A stretch of DNA of 37,266 nucleotides from a virus. Taxonomy: Duplodnaviria > Caudoviricetes. The position numbers were made by a program, and so were the translations under genes. Shown here piece by piece: positions 24,463 through 34,385 of the stretch. The notes beneath the pieces were generated by a model that was given only the letters and a program-made list of their open reading frames with translations, made no database searches and had not been told where the DNA came from. How positions within the stretch are numbered: the stretch's first letter is position 1; each line of letters starts with the position of its first letter. The DNA lies in the IMG/VR virus record IMGVR_UViG_3300016666_000029, positions 1 through 37,266 of that record. One strand, written 5' to 3'.

Positions 24463-24685
24463 TTAGTTCCTCGTATGCTCTTTCGCTGACTTCTTTCAAG
24501 TTTTTCAGCCAAATGAGTATAGAAAGTTCACCTTTACGGAATTGTAGACTTTTTTCGTCACTTATTGTTGCAATATTATTCAAAGGTTCAATCATATTGT
24601 CAATATCTTCCAAAAGTTGTTTCCAACCTTCAGAAGCCATCATTGAGAAACGCTCGGTATAGTATTTTTCTAACTGGTTATCCAT
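24446..24685 (-). CDS. Hypothetical head-module protein
   Basis: GWKQLLED...LQFRKGEL.IL; located between portal and scaffold. Confidence 0.72.
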   Translation of the reverse strand: MDNQLEKYYTERFSMMASEGWKQLLEDIDNMIEPLNNIATISDEKSLQFRKGELSILIWLKNLKEVSERAYEELNEKNV

Positions 24686-25076
24686 AAAACTCGTCCAAAT
24701 AATCTGCCATTTTTCTCAAAATATCAGGATTGTCTTTTGCGTTACCAAGTGCCATGTTACAAGATTGACAAATCAAACCTCTAACTCCACCATTTTTATG
24801 ACAATGATCTACCACTAATCTAGTAAATTGACCAGAATAATGTTCAGTATTACAAATTTGGCATTTCCAATCTTGTTTTTGAGCTATTTCATTATATTGA
24901 TTTTCTGAAATACCATAATTTCTTCGAAAATGAGCATCTCTACCATAGTATTCATAGTGACATTTTCTACAATGTTTGTAGTATCCATCTTTGTATCTTG
25001 AGTTTTTATGAAATTCAGTAGTTAACTTTATTGAATTACACAAACTACAAGTTTTTAGATGTTCATTAGGTGTCAT
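24678..25076 (-). CDS. Endonuclease VII-like (HNH-type) free-standing endonuclease
   Basis: KTCSLC...CRKC, YGIS..QY, CQIC, VDHCH..G.VRGLIC..CN.ALG..KD; visibly AT-rich. Confidence 0.85.
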   Translation of the reverse strand: MTPNEHLKTCSLCNSIKLTTEFHKNSRYKDGYYKHCRKCHYEYYGRDAHFRRNYGISENQYNEIAQKQDWKCQICNTEHYSGQFTRLVVDHCHKNGGVRGLICQSCNMALGNAKDNPDILRKMADYLDEFYG

Positions 25077-25354
25077 ACGGAATCAGCACCATTTCCAGAA
25101 ATAATGACTGTTTCTACAGGATCAGGACGAGTAGCAACTTCTACTGTGTAAACCACGCCATTTTCTACATAAGGATCACAGCCTACTAGCATTTGAGTAG
25201 CTCTATCATGTTCTTTGAAGATGCTAACCTTTAGGCAACCATTCTCAGTAAAGAAGTCATCATTAGGGCCAGTAATAGGAAACGATGTGTTTGGGAATAA
25301 CTCACGATAGTCGCCTATTGTGATACTTCCATTTTCTAGTTTTGCAATGTTCAT
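25073..25354 (-). CDS. Small fibre-associated protein (chaperone-like)
   Basis: YRELFPNTSFP motif; directly after the LamG gene. Confidence 0.6.
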   Translation of the reverse strand: MNIAKLENGSITIGDYRELFPNTSFPITGPNDDFFTENGCLKVSIFKEHDRATQMLVGCDPYVENGVVYTVEVATRPDPVETVIISGNGADSV

Positions 25355-25356
25355 GG

Positions 25357-27342
25357 TTATCCTTTATCTGGGAAAGCAGAAGATGGTACTGTAAAGTTTG
25401 ATGTGTACCGAGCCACGCCTTTGGTGATTCGTAAATCGTCTATGTAGCCAAAATAAGGCCCGATATTACCCGCCGCAGAAGAACCAATCAACAAATATGA
25501 ATCAGTAAAATTGGTTGTGGTTGTGTTTGATCCAGCGCTAGTTCCGTTAATCCAAATTGTCAAAGTTCCGCTTGAACGAGTCACCGCAAAGTGATACCAA
25601 GTGTTTGTAGAAAAAGTAAAAGAGCCATTCAAAATCCCACCTACTGCCGCAACATATGGGATAGTTGACCCGTTAATACCGATCCTAAAACCAGTTGTTG
25701 TACCACCAGAACGGAAGTCAATAATGTTGTAATCAGTAGACGATGTTAATTGAGTAGGATAGACCCACATTTCAACTGTAAAGTCACCTGTGTTAAATGC
25801 TCTGATTGGATTAGGCGACCCTGCCGCTTGTAACCAATCACCTGTCCCATCAAAATACATCGAGCCAGTACCATACTTTTTAACGCTTGTAGAAATCTGT
25901 GCATTGCCCACAGTTTCTAAGTCGTTCATCATGGCGTTGTCTAAGATGCCAGCGTTGGTGTTATTTAGTAACAATGATGTGCCTGATATGGCTGTTAGCG
26001 GTGCTGTTGGTGGGGTGAAATTCGCTGTATAGACTGCCGATGCAACTTCCCTAACATTAGAAATGTAGCCATTTAACGGATTAACACCTGCCGCCCCAGA
26101 ACGTGCAACAGCACCTACGCCAAGAGTTACCGATGACGATGTATTGGTCGTGTTTGTACCTTGCCCATCTAACACACCATTTAGATAAAACTTCACATTG
26201 TTTGTGCCGCTTCCGTTGCGAACCATTGCAACATGATTCCACTGGTTAAGTGGCAACGTAGATGTGCTGTTAAATTGCAATGATGTGCATTGAACTTCAA
26301 TGTTTCCAGCGGCAATCATTACAAGTCCGTAGCCAACATTGGTGTCCGCTTTATGAACAATCGTTCTTGCATTTGCGGATGTTGTTGGAACATAAACCCA
26401 TGCCTCAACAGTAAAGTCACCAGCAAAATCTAAAGCACTTGCTGTGGCAACACTTAAATAATCCCCACTACCATCAAAGTACCCAGAGCCACCAATCACG
26501 CTTGTGGAGTAGGCAGTTGTAGGGCTAAATGGGCTGAAGCGTTGGACGCTTACATCGCCATTCTTTGTAATAGTGAAGGCGTTTGAACTGTTGTCAATAA
26601 AACGATTGCTTTGGCAAGTCAACAACGATGTGTTGGTGATTGCTGTCAGAGGCGTTGTGCTTGGTGTAAACGATCCCGTATATAAAGCCGTACCCTTGAC
26701 TAAACGGGCGTTTGATAAATAGCCAGTCCCGTAATAAGCACCATCTTGGCGACCGCCAAAAGAAAGCGCTGATGTTCCTGCGCGAATTGTTCCACCAGCA
26801 TTAGACGCAACAGAAACACCATTTACATAAAGTGTATCTGTAGCACCATTACGAACCCATGCAACATGTTGCCAAACATTTGGTGATACTGCCCCAGCAG
26901 AAGATGTAGTGTCACCAGTAGATGATGAACCATTTGAAGATGTGCTTGTACCAATAATTCCACTAGAAGTGGTAATTGCCATCTGGTACTCTAAATCGCC
27001 TGCGTTCCACTTTGAGAAAAAGTGAAAATATGATGTTGCCGTGGTGTAGTAAACCCACGCCTCCATTGTAAAGTTTCCGCTATTTAATTGAAGTGCGGCA
27101 TTGTTGGCAACATCCAACCGATCCCCAGACCCATCAAAGTAATTAGACCAATTAGACCCATAAGGCGAGAATGTGCCTTGGGTTGTATTGCCGTTGCGGG
27201 TAATGGTGAAGTTGTTTGAGGATGAGTCTACAAAAGTATTGTTCTGAGCGCCATTAGTCCCATTACCATGTAACAACATCGTTACATTTTTAAACTGAGG
27301 GTCTTTAGCGTCTACGCTACCTGATTTAGAAGCTGCAAACAT
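25357..27342 (-). CDS. Triple LamG / concanavalin A-like lectin receptor-binding protein
   Basis: Starts MFAA; three repeats of YFDG.GD.L...FT.E.WVY...W.H.A..R...GYI...R.....A.YT..FT.P. Confidence 0.85.
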   Translation of the reverse strand: MFAASKSGSVDAKDPQFKNVTMLLHGNGTNGAQNNTFVDSSSNNFTITRNGNTTQGTFSPYGSNWSNYFDGSGDRLDVANNAALQLNSGNFTMEAWVYYTTATSYFHFFSKWNAGDLEYQMAITTSSGIIGTSTSSNGSSSTGDTTSSAGAVSPNVWQHVAWVRNGATDTLYVNGVSVASNAGGTIRAGTSALSFGGRQDGAYYGTGYLSNARLVKGTALYTGSFTPSTTPLTAITNTSLLTCQSNRFIDNSSNAFTITKNGDVSVQRFSPFSPTTAYSTSVIGGSGYFDGSGDYLSVATASALDFAGDFTVEAWVYVPTTSANARTIVHKADTNVGYGLVMIAAGNIEVQCTSLQFNSTSTLPLNQWNHVAMVRNGSGTNNVKFYLNGVLDGQGTNTTNTSSSVTLGVGAVARSGAAGVNPLNGYISNVREVASAVYTANFTPPTAPLTAISGTSLLLNNTNAGILDNAMMNDLETVGNAQISTSVKKYGTGSMYFDGTGDWLQAAGSPNPIRAFNTGDFTVEMWVYPTQLTSSTDYNIIDFRSGGTTTGFRIGINGSTIPYVAAVGGILNGSFTFSTNTWYHFAVTRSSGTLTIWINGTSAGSNTTTTNFTDSYLLIGSSAAGNIGPYFGYIDDLRITKGVARYTSNFTVPSSAFPDKG

Positions 27343-28172
27343 TAGAAATTCTGTCCAATAGTTGTGCCGTACCAGTTTGTGCCATCAGCAAAGAAACTGT
27401 AAATATCTTGTTTACTAGCAGTTCCTGTGATGGTTGGTGCTGTTCCACCAGGCCATGTAACTGTTGACCATGTAACAGATCGTGAACCAGTACCATCTTG
27501 TTTCAACATAATCACAAATGACTTTCCAGCAGTAGCGGTTGGCATGGTGATAGTAGCGTTACCAGTTAAAGTTAATTGCTGAACAGTACCATTTGTCAAA
27601 GATACAGTAATTGCTGTTCCTGTGTTGGCTGTGTATAGCGTTTCTGTATAGTTTGTGACTGTTGGGTTTGTCAGAGTCTTGTTGGTCAAAGTCTCTGTGC
27701 CTGTATAGGTCACAATACTTGCACCAGCCAAGGTTGTCGCACCAGTACCACCATTTGCAATAGCCAAAGTACCAGTTACATTAGCAAGATTGACAGTTCC
27801 AAGCGTCTGTTTTAGTGAACCATAAGTATCATAAGTGCCATCTGTAGACCAAGTATCACCTACTGCAAGGGTGACTTTAGCAATAACTCGCTGAGTTGCA
27901 TTATTGTCATACTTAACAGTAATAGTTACTGCTGCAGTATCTTTGTTCTCAATGAAGATACCTTTAATGATCCTACGAGTGCTACTTGCAGGAGCAGAAA
28001 CTACTGTGACATCTGTTGTTCCATTCAAAGCGCCATCTAAAGCGCCTTCTGTGAATGTAGTTCCATTGTTGTCAGCATAAGATACTGTAAAGTCAGGATT
28101 TGTCGTAGCCGCAGCACCAGACATTGCGACCTTGATGGTCTTTAGAGTTGAATCAAGAATTAGGGTTGCCAT
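27342..28172 (-). CDS. Fibre adaptor protein
   Basis: LAIANGGTG fibre motif; C-terminal domain paralogous to 17863..18414. Confidence 0.7.
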   Translation of the reverse strand: MATLILDSTLKTIKVAMSGAAATTNPDFTVSYADNNGTTFTEGALDGALNGTTDVTVVSAPASSTRRIIKGIFIENKDTAAVTITVKYDNNATQRVIAKVTLAVGDTWSTDGTYDTYGSLKQTLGTVNLANVTGTLAIANGGTGATTLAGASIVTYTGTETLTNKTLTNPTVTNYTETLYTANTGTAITVSLTNGTVQQLTLTGNATITMPTATAGKSFVIMLKQDGTGSRSVTWSTVTWPGGTAPTITGTASKQDIYSFFADGTNWYGTTIGQNF

Positions 28173-28181
28173 ATTTACCTC

Positions 28182-30095
28182 TTAGACCATAAACCATGCA
28201 TAAGCATTGCCAGCACCACTACTTCCACCACCTGAAGAGGCAATTGTAATTCCACCAGAAGAGTTAGTGATTGTTATATTGCTACCAGCAGTCAAAGTAG
28301 CCGCTGTATAACCAGTTCCGTTGCCAATTAACAACTGTCCATTAGTAGGAGTAGTCGTTACTCCAGTACCGCCATTAGCAATAGGCAAGGCAGTACCGCT
28401 ATATGTCATAGCCAAAGTACCAGAAGTGGTAATTGGGCTTCCTGAGATACTAAATATGGATGGAACAGTAGCCGCTACAGAAGTAACAGTACCAGTATTA
28501 GATGTGTAACCATTAGGGTTAGTTGCTGCATAAGCACCTAATGAACTAAGTGCGCCAGCAGCAGTTGTTGCTCCTGTACCGCCATTGGCAATAGGAAGCG
28601 TACCATTAACACCAGCAGTCAGAGAAACTGTATTGTTTTCCCAGAGTGAAGTGCTTGAGTTATAGATTAAAGTTTGAGCATTAGATGGAGTTTGAGCAGA
28701 CACATTGTGTAGCTCATCCATTTCATAACCATTTTGAACCTTAACAAATAACTTACCTTGTGTTGGGTGTGCGTGTTCAACAATAGCGACATAAACCAAA
28801 TGATTTGGAGCATAAGGCTTAGTAGCCGTATAAGTTCCTGCTGTAGTTGGACTTAAATAAAGTTGAGCGCCATCTGTATATGCAGATGTGTCCATGCCAG
28901 TAACCAAACCAATAATGGTTACATAACCATTAGAGTTATTGGAAAGATCAGCACTCATCACACCCAAAGTTTGTGCAGATGTTGCATCGCCACTTGCTAA
29001 CGCTTTTGTAACTGTTGGTATTTGACCTGTAGCACCATTGATATAAACAACAGTACCTTTTGTTAAGGTTGCTCCAGTAGAGTTTCTTACTTGGCAGATA
29101 ACATTGGTTGTAGAAGCTGCTACTGCAACAGATAAATCAGCCACACCAGATGCTGTAGAAACGCTCACAGAGCCATCTGTTGAAGTAATGCTACCAATAG
29201 CATTAACATCGGTATAAGTAAGCGAGACAGCACCAGTTTGACTGTTTACGCTTGTAACCAAGTTAGTCTGGTCAATCTTCTGCCAAACAGAACCATTGAA
29301 AAGCAACCAATCGCCAATCTGCCAATCAGTAATCCCATTTAGATTAGTCGATCCAGCAGTAGAAACAATGTAGTAATAGCCATTTGTGCCAGTACTAGAA
29401 GCAAGAGTAGGCGTGTTGGTAGAGGCATTCCATGTTCCTTGATAACTTAGTCCACCAGCAACAGAAGCCCATGAAGTGCTTGTTCCATTGGTAGTTAAGA
29501 ACTTACCTGAGTTACCAGTTTGGCTAGGAATCAGCGTATTGATCTGCGTCTGCAAAGAATCCAAAGTATCTAAGACAGATTGAGAAGTGCCACCGCCATT
29601 GGTGATAACTTTAATCTGGTTAGACAACTCCATTGGCATGATTTCGCCAACATTGATCTCATTGCCGTTAGACAATGTAATAACCAATCCACCATCAAAA
29701 TCTAGGTAAGCATTGGTTACTGATACGCCATCAATACCATCTCGTCCGTCTTTACCAGCAGGGCCTTGAGCGCCTTGCCGACCAGGTGCGCCATCCTTGC
29801 CAGGCTTTCCATCTCGTCCATCTCTACCATCTGAGCCGTTGATACCATCACGACCATCTTGAATGGATGCAACTCGTTTTTCAATGAGATTGCCTAAATC
29901 GTCATAGCGACTACGGATGTCTGACTCAATTTTCTTTAAGGCTTGAACAACAAGATCAACATTCTCGCCAATCTTCTGTTTCTGGACTGCCCTTGCTTGA
30001 GCTACTGATGTTTTAACAGAGTTAAGAATGGCCTCCTGCTGTTCGGGAGTCATGCTTTTTAGGATTAACTCCTTGACCAGACTTTCAGCGTCCAT
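28182..30095 (-). CDS. Collagen-repeat fibre protein (head or portal-associated fibre)
   Basis: Coiled-coil N-terminus, about 14 Gly-X-Y triplets, YQGTWNASTNTPTL, VTSVNSQTGAV and two LPIANGGTG repeats. Confidence 0.72.
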   Translation of the reverse strand: MDAESLVKELILKSMTPEQQEAILNSVKTSVAQARAVQKQKIGENVDLVVQALKKIESDIRSRYDDLGNLIEKRVASIQDGRDGINGSDGRDGRDGKPGKDGAPGRQGAQGPAGKDGRDGIDGVSVTNAYLDFDGGLVITLSNGNEINVGEIMPMELSNQIKVITNGGGTSQSVLDTLDSLQTQINTLIPSQTGNSGKFLTTNGTSTSWASVAGGLSYQGTWNASTNTPTLASSTGTNGYYYIVSTAGSTNLNGITDWQIGDWLLFNGSVWQKIDQTNLVTSVNSQTGAVSLTYTDVNAIGSITSTDGSVSVSTASGVADLSVAVAASTTNVICQVRNSTGATLTKGTVVYINGATGQIPTVTKALASGDATSAQTLGVMSADLSNNSNGYVTIIGLVTGMDTSAYTDGAQLYLSPTTAGTYTATKPYAPNHLVYVAIVEHAHPTQGKLFVKVQNGYEMDELHNVSAQTPSNAQTLIYNSSTSLWENNTVSLTAGVNGTLPIANGGTGATTAAGALSSLGAYAATNPNGYTSNTGTVTSVAATVPSIFSISGSPITTSGTLAMTYSGTALPIANGGTGVTTTPTNGQLLIGNGTGYTAATLTAGSNITITNSSGGITIASSGGGSSGAGNAYAWFMV

Positions 30096-32115
30096 TGCTC
30101 AACTCCTTGGTCAACTGATCTAAGAAATCTTGTTCCATGCCTGAGATTTTATTTTGCTTTTCAGCCATTTGCATCTCGACAATCTTAGATTTGTTCTTAA
30201 TATCAGCCTCCTTGAGCATCAATTCAGCAATCTTGACTCGCTTATTAAACTCATCTGATTCTTGACCAGTAGGCAAGTTCTTAGTAGTGCTACTAATCAC
30301 TTTTGCTTGCATTTCTTGAGGCATCAACTGAGCTTCAACTGCCAATTTAGTCGCTTCAGCACGATTTTGCTCTGCTTGTGTTGCTTGGACTGCAATTTGA
30401 GCCTGTGCCAACTGCATAGCCAACTGTTGTTGAACTTGTTGCATCTGCTGAGCTTGTGGATCAGGCTTAGCCATCTGATCGAGCATCTGAATCAACTCAT
30501 GTCGGTTAGACAGAGAAGAATTAGCCATGATGCCCTTCAAAATTACGGGCAAAACTGGTGTATTGGGGCCAAGAGTCTGCAACAAAGAGATGAATTGCTG
30601 TTGTTCATGCTCACGAGCAATGATGCCCAAAGCAGCAGTAGGAATAAACTTCAGGTCAACAGTAGGATAACGCTCTGGATCAAACTGCATATAGCGATAA
30701 GCAGCCTTATTGATGAACGGAATCATAAAATCTTCTTGGAAGTTCACCAAGGTACGCTTGTACTTCTTGATAATCGAGGCAACAGCCATCGAAATACCAC
30801 CTTGGTTAGCATCCCGAGAAACACTAGAGACCATTCCGTTGCTATCTAGCGTACCAGTAGACTGCAAGAGCATTCTTTCAAACTCTTTGGCAGTATTCAT
30901 GTTGCCAGGGTCAGTATTACCAAACTTGAACGGATACAAAATCTCGTTAGGATTTCCGTTTGTCAGGATGTTCTTGCCTGGTTTCACCTCAAACTTAGCA
31001 CCTCTAGGCAAACGAGTGGCATCCATAGCCATCATTGGGCTAGTAGTCAGCGCCAATGAGTCCAAATGAGAGCGAATCTGTGCGTCAATGGCTTTCTGAG
31101 AGTTGTAAGCCTTCTCTACAGTACCACGACCGAGCAAACGATTAGGAACAGTATCGTCTTGATAAGCAAGAATAGGACGATCCTTCATCATGTAAGGATT
31201 CTTTTCTGCTTTCAAGAGTACGCCATCGTTAGCAATAACGATAATGGCCTCTACCAAGTCTGAATAATCGTCTTGAACAGAGTCTTCAGGGAACAAATCC
31301 TCAACTTCTGCACCTTCTTCTAGCTTCTCAATGTACTCTCTTGGAACTAGACCATAGTAGGTAAGAAGTTTTACTTTATCGTCTTCATACTGAGTAATCT
31401 CTTGAGTAGGCTCAAGGTCAGTATCCATCGAATCAGTACCAATCTCTACCTTGCGATAGATACCATCTTCTTGGCCTTTAACGATCTTATGGATAGAGAC
31501 ATACTTCTCAATAGCCACACCCATACAGTCTTCAATAGAAGTGCCATTAGGGTCAAACAAGAAGTTCTTAGGGTTAACAGGAACAATCTTGACAGCAATG
31601 CGGTCTTTTTCTAGTACACCAATGGCGGCTTGGCCTGGCTGTCCAGCAATCGGTTGAGTGCTAGGAACAAAGATTTTCTCTGTTTTGACAACAATCTCAC
31701 CAATGCCAGTACCATAGATTTCAGCCATCAACTCAATCTGGTCAATGGACTTGCGAATCTTGTCTACTTTGAAGTCTTCCATCAGTTGAGCCTTAATCAT
31801 GGCTACATCCAATGGATTGTTGTTTACATCACGGATATCGTCTTGAATGTCAAAGAACTCACCCTGACCGAAGATAGCTTCCATGATCTCGGCATGACGA
31901 GTCTCAACGGCTTGAGTTGTGCCAGGAGTGACAATACGAGAACGCTCAGATTCCCGAGTCTTGTCTTGTGCATCCCATTCACCACGGAAGATACGCTCAT
32001 ATTCAAGCCAATCTGTTAGATAATTGGTATCTCGATAATCACGCCAGCGATCACAATGGTTAACAACAAAGTTAACTAATTCTTTATCGCTTTCTGTTGG
32101 TTCTTGGAATTCCAT
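30085..32115 (-). CDS. Portal protein
   Basis: 676 aa, directly after TerL; YGTGIG, FLFDP, GRG..E..YN.Q; Gln-rich C-terminal barrel as in P22-like portals. Confidence 0.88.
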   Translation of the reverse strand: MEFQEPTESDKELVNFVVNHCDRWRDYRDTNYLTDWLEYERIFRGEWDAQDKTRESERSRIVTPGTTQAVETRHAEIMEAIFGQGEFFDIQDDIRDVNNNPLDVAMIKAQLMEDFKVDKIRKSIDQIELMAEIYGTGIGEIVVKTEKIFVPSTQPIAGQPGQAAIGVLEKDRIAVKIVPVNPKNFLFDPNGTSIEDCMGVAIEKYVSIHKIVKGQEDGIYRKVEIGTDSMDTDLEPTQEITQYEDDKVKLLTYYGLVPREYIEKLEEGAEVEDLFPEDSVQDDYSDLVEAIIVIANDGVLLKAEKNPYMMKDRPILAYQDDTVPNRLLGRGTVEKAYNSQKAIDAQIRSHLDSLALTTSPMMAMDATRLPRGAKFEVKPGKNILTNGNPNEILYPFKFGNTDPGNMNTAKEFERMLLQSTGTLDSNGMVSSVSRDANQGGISMAVASIIKKYKRTLVNFQEDFMIPFINKAAYRYMQFDPERYPTVDLKFIPTAALGIIAREHEQQQFISLLQTLGPNTPVLPVILKGIMANSSLSNRHELIQMLDQMAKPDPQAQQMQQVQQQLAMQLAQAQIAVQATQAEQNRAEATKLAVEAQLMPQEMQAKVISSTTKNLPTGQESDEFNKRVKIAELMLKEADIKNKSKIVEMQMAEKQNKISGMEQDFLDQLTKELSNGR

Positions 32116-33374
32116 TACACCCCCGATATTATGTCTAGCGGCTGCCAGTCATCTTCTTCTTCTTGCTCAAAGTAGGAAGTAACTGCTAGCTGATCCATGT
32201 ATGATAATGCATCTGGTAAGTCATCATGCACACCAGAAGCAGGAAACATCAGAAGTTGGTCGATAAATTCATCCCAATTCTCTTCAGAATTAAGCACAAT
32301 TCTGCCATGTTCAAAGCGTCCTTGCAATGCCCAAATGATTCTATCCGTTTTTTTCCTATTTCCATGGGTTAAATCTTGGATATGGGCATAAACATTGTTC
32401 TTACGCATTAAGTCGCTCAGATAGGGCAAAACAGCGTTCTTTAGTGCCCCCCTCTCGATTCCCACGCAAGTCGGTCTAAAGTCTCTGATCGCCAACAGTA
32501 TCTTGGCTGCTGTCTCTCGGATATCCCATCTTCCATGAATGATCTCTTTGACAAACCACTTACCATCGTCTGTTACCTTAACGATACAGATAGCCGACTC
32601 ATCCAGTCTTTTCTTGGAATTCCCTGCTTGTTTGGCAACTTCCTCAAAGCCAGCTAGGTCAATCGAGATGAAATAGCTCCCATGTTCAGGCTCTACCCCA
32701 TATTTGATCCACTCTTCCTTGAAGATATCACTACCCGCATTGGAGAAAGAAGCCATGTATTCCTGTTTAAAAGCAAAGGAACTTAGCGTCTTTTTGGCAG
32801 ATTCAATCTCACTAGGGTCAATCAAAGGGTTATCTTGGGTTGTAAAGTGCCAACTCTTCCAGTCTGGGTCAGTCCCCTCTTCTCCTAATTTAAAGGTGTC
32901 ATAGAACCAATTACGCCCTTTAGGAGTCCCAATAAACAAGGCTCTACCCTTCTTATCAGACAGAGAAGCCCGAATAACTTGTTCCCAAGCCTCAGGCTTA
33001 ATGTCCGCAACCTCATCTAGCACAGCATAAGTCAAAGACACACCACGAAGCGTATCAGGTCTATCAGCGCCACGGACATAGATTCTTGCTCCGTTTATCA
33101 GGGTAATGTCCAAGTTATTGACATGGCTACCTTGAATAACATCTCTACCAAGGTCTAACAACAAGTCCCAGACGATTTGACGAGATTGACCCATTGTTGG
33201 AGAAACATACAAAACTGCCGAACCTTGAGGACATCTCAATCCTTCAATTAACAGGGTTGTAGCCGCTAATCTAGACTTTCCGCACCGCCTACCAGCCGCA
33301 ACAACTTTAAATCGTGCTTTGCTCTTAAAAACTTCTTGTTGCCATGGTAGGAGTTGGAAATTGAGATCAGCCAT
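32115..33374 (-). CDS. terL: Terminase large subunit
   Basis: VVAAGRRCGKS Walker A, AVLDE Walker B, IGTPKG.NWFY, IDLAG nuclease motif, HDDLPDAL; start reassigned to 33374. Confidence 0.95.
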   Translation of the reverse strand: MADLNFQLLPWQQEVFKSKARFKVVAAGRRCGKSRLAATTLLIEGLRCPQGSAVLYVSPTMGQSRQIVWDLLLDLGRDVIQGSHVNNLDITLINGARIYVRGADRPDTLRGVSLTYAVLDEVADIKPEAWEQVIRASLSDKKGRALFIGTPKGRNWFYDTFKLGEEGTDPDWKSWHFTTQDNPLIDPSEIESAKKTLSSFAFKQEYMASFSNAGSDIFKEEWIKYGVEPEHGSYFISIDLAGFEEVAKQAGNSKKRLDESAICIVKVTDDGKWFVKEIIHGRWDIRETAAKILLAIRDFRPTCVGIERGALKNAVLPYLSDLMRKNNVYAHIQDLTHGNRKKTDRIIWALQGRFEHGRIVLNSEENWDEFIDQLLMFPASGVHDDLPDALSYMDQLAVTSYFEQEEEDDWQPLDIISGV

Positions 33375-33873
33375 AGAACTTGTTTTTCTTTCGTAGGTTG
33401 TCTGTCTTTGTAAGTATTTGTAAGTTCCACGGAACATTTAATCCGCTAACAAACTTACCTCGCAATGGAACTATATGGTCAACATGATACTGTTCGCCAG
33501 TATGCATTCCTAGCATATGCGCTGTATAGTAGAATTCTTCTATCTTTTGAAACGCATGGTCATCTAACCATTTAGGCGTACGCAATAGCATTTCTGCTCG
33601 CTTCTTAGACGAATAAGCTGCTTGTTTATGCTTATTTTTCTCTCGCCAATCACACATTCTGGCGGAATATTCTTCTTTTTTAGACTCATAGTTAGCTTTC
33701 ATTTGAGCTAATCTAGAGTCTTTTTTCTTCTCAAAATCAATAGCCATACACTCGCAACAAGTGCCTTTATCCGTGTAACGCTTGGCAATATGCCCATGTT
33801 TACATGGCTTACCAGTAAAATAAACCCGCTCACCTAGTGCTTTAGCTTTGGATCGTTCTGCTGCTTTACTCAT
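33367..33873 (-). CDS. HNH homing endonuclease
   Basis: YFTGKPCKHGH N-terminus, TPKWL, YHVDHIVPL.G..VSGL.VPWNLQIL...DN..K.N. Confidence 0.88.
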   Translation of the reverse strand: MSKAAERSKAKALGERVYFTGKPCKHGHIAKRYTDKGTCCECMAIDFEKKKDSRLAQMKANYESKKEEYSARMCDWREKNKHKQAAYSSKKRAEMLLRTPKWLDDHAFQKIEEFYYTAHMLGMHTGEQYHVDHIVPLRGKFVSGLNVPWNLQILTKTDNLRKKNKFYG

Positions 33874-34237
33874 ATTTAGGCTCTATATCTTCCACTTCAC
33901 TAGGGTTGATTATAGTCGGCTCACCAAGGCCTGTAATATTGATCGTCACAGCACTCCTTTGACTCTTATCCTTCTCAAACATCGAAACAGGAAGAGTCCG
34001 ATCAATACACATCTTCAAAGCCGCCATCTGACCAGGGTGCTCGTCATTCAAAGCAATTTCAATCACCTTCTGCGCTACATCCTTACCCCCAGAGCGAATC
34101 ATTAACTCCTTCAACTCCTTTAACCTTTGATGGTCAGTCTTAGGCAATACAGCAGGCGGGTTATCAGCAAACCTCTGTATCGTCATCTTTACAGACCCTT
34201 TTGGTCTTCCTCTTCCACGCTTGAGTGTTGTTTCCAT
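33866..34237 (-). CDS. terS: Terminase small subunit (putative)
   Basis: KRGRGRPKGS, AALKMCIDRTLP, VTINITG; upstream of TerL; start reassigned to 34237. Confidence 0.72.
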   Translation of the reverse strand: METTLKRGRGRPKGSVKMTIQRFADNPPAVLPKTDHQRLKELKELMIRSGGKDVAQKVIEIALNDEHPGQMAALKMCIDRTLPVSMFEKDKSQRSAVTINITGLGEPTIINPSEVEDIEPKYE

Positions 34238-34324
34238 TTGTCCTTTTCCTTTTTTTGTGGGAGGGAGCCAATTTCCTTTTTTTTGAGGATAGGAGCCACC
34301 TTCAATTTCCACCGCCACCACTCA

Positions 34325-34355
34325 CCCCTCCCCCCCCATCAATCCCAACCAACCC
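34325..34355 (-). other. G-rich tract (G-quadruplex-capable) in the non-coding region upstream of terS
   Basis: Minus strand GGG-TTGGTT-GGG-ATTGAT-GGGGGGGG-A-GGGG. Confidence 0.45.
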
Positions 34356-34385
34356 ACCAACCAGAACCAGCACACAAATCCAGTC

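Noticed and set aside
24678-33873. Shared FYG C-terminus of both endonucleases as a functional motif
   Set aside because: Largely explained by overlap with the downstream ATGG start context.
33866-34321. Long upstream-start versions of terS and other N-terminally extended ORFs in the track
   Set aside because: Downstream ATGs with RBS or ATGA coupling are more plausible, and the extensions run through non-coding or overlapping sequence.
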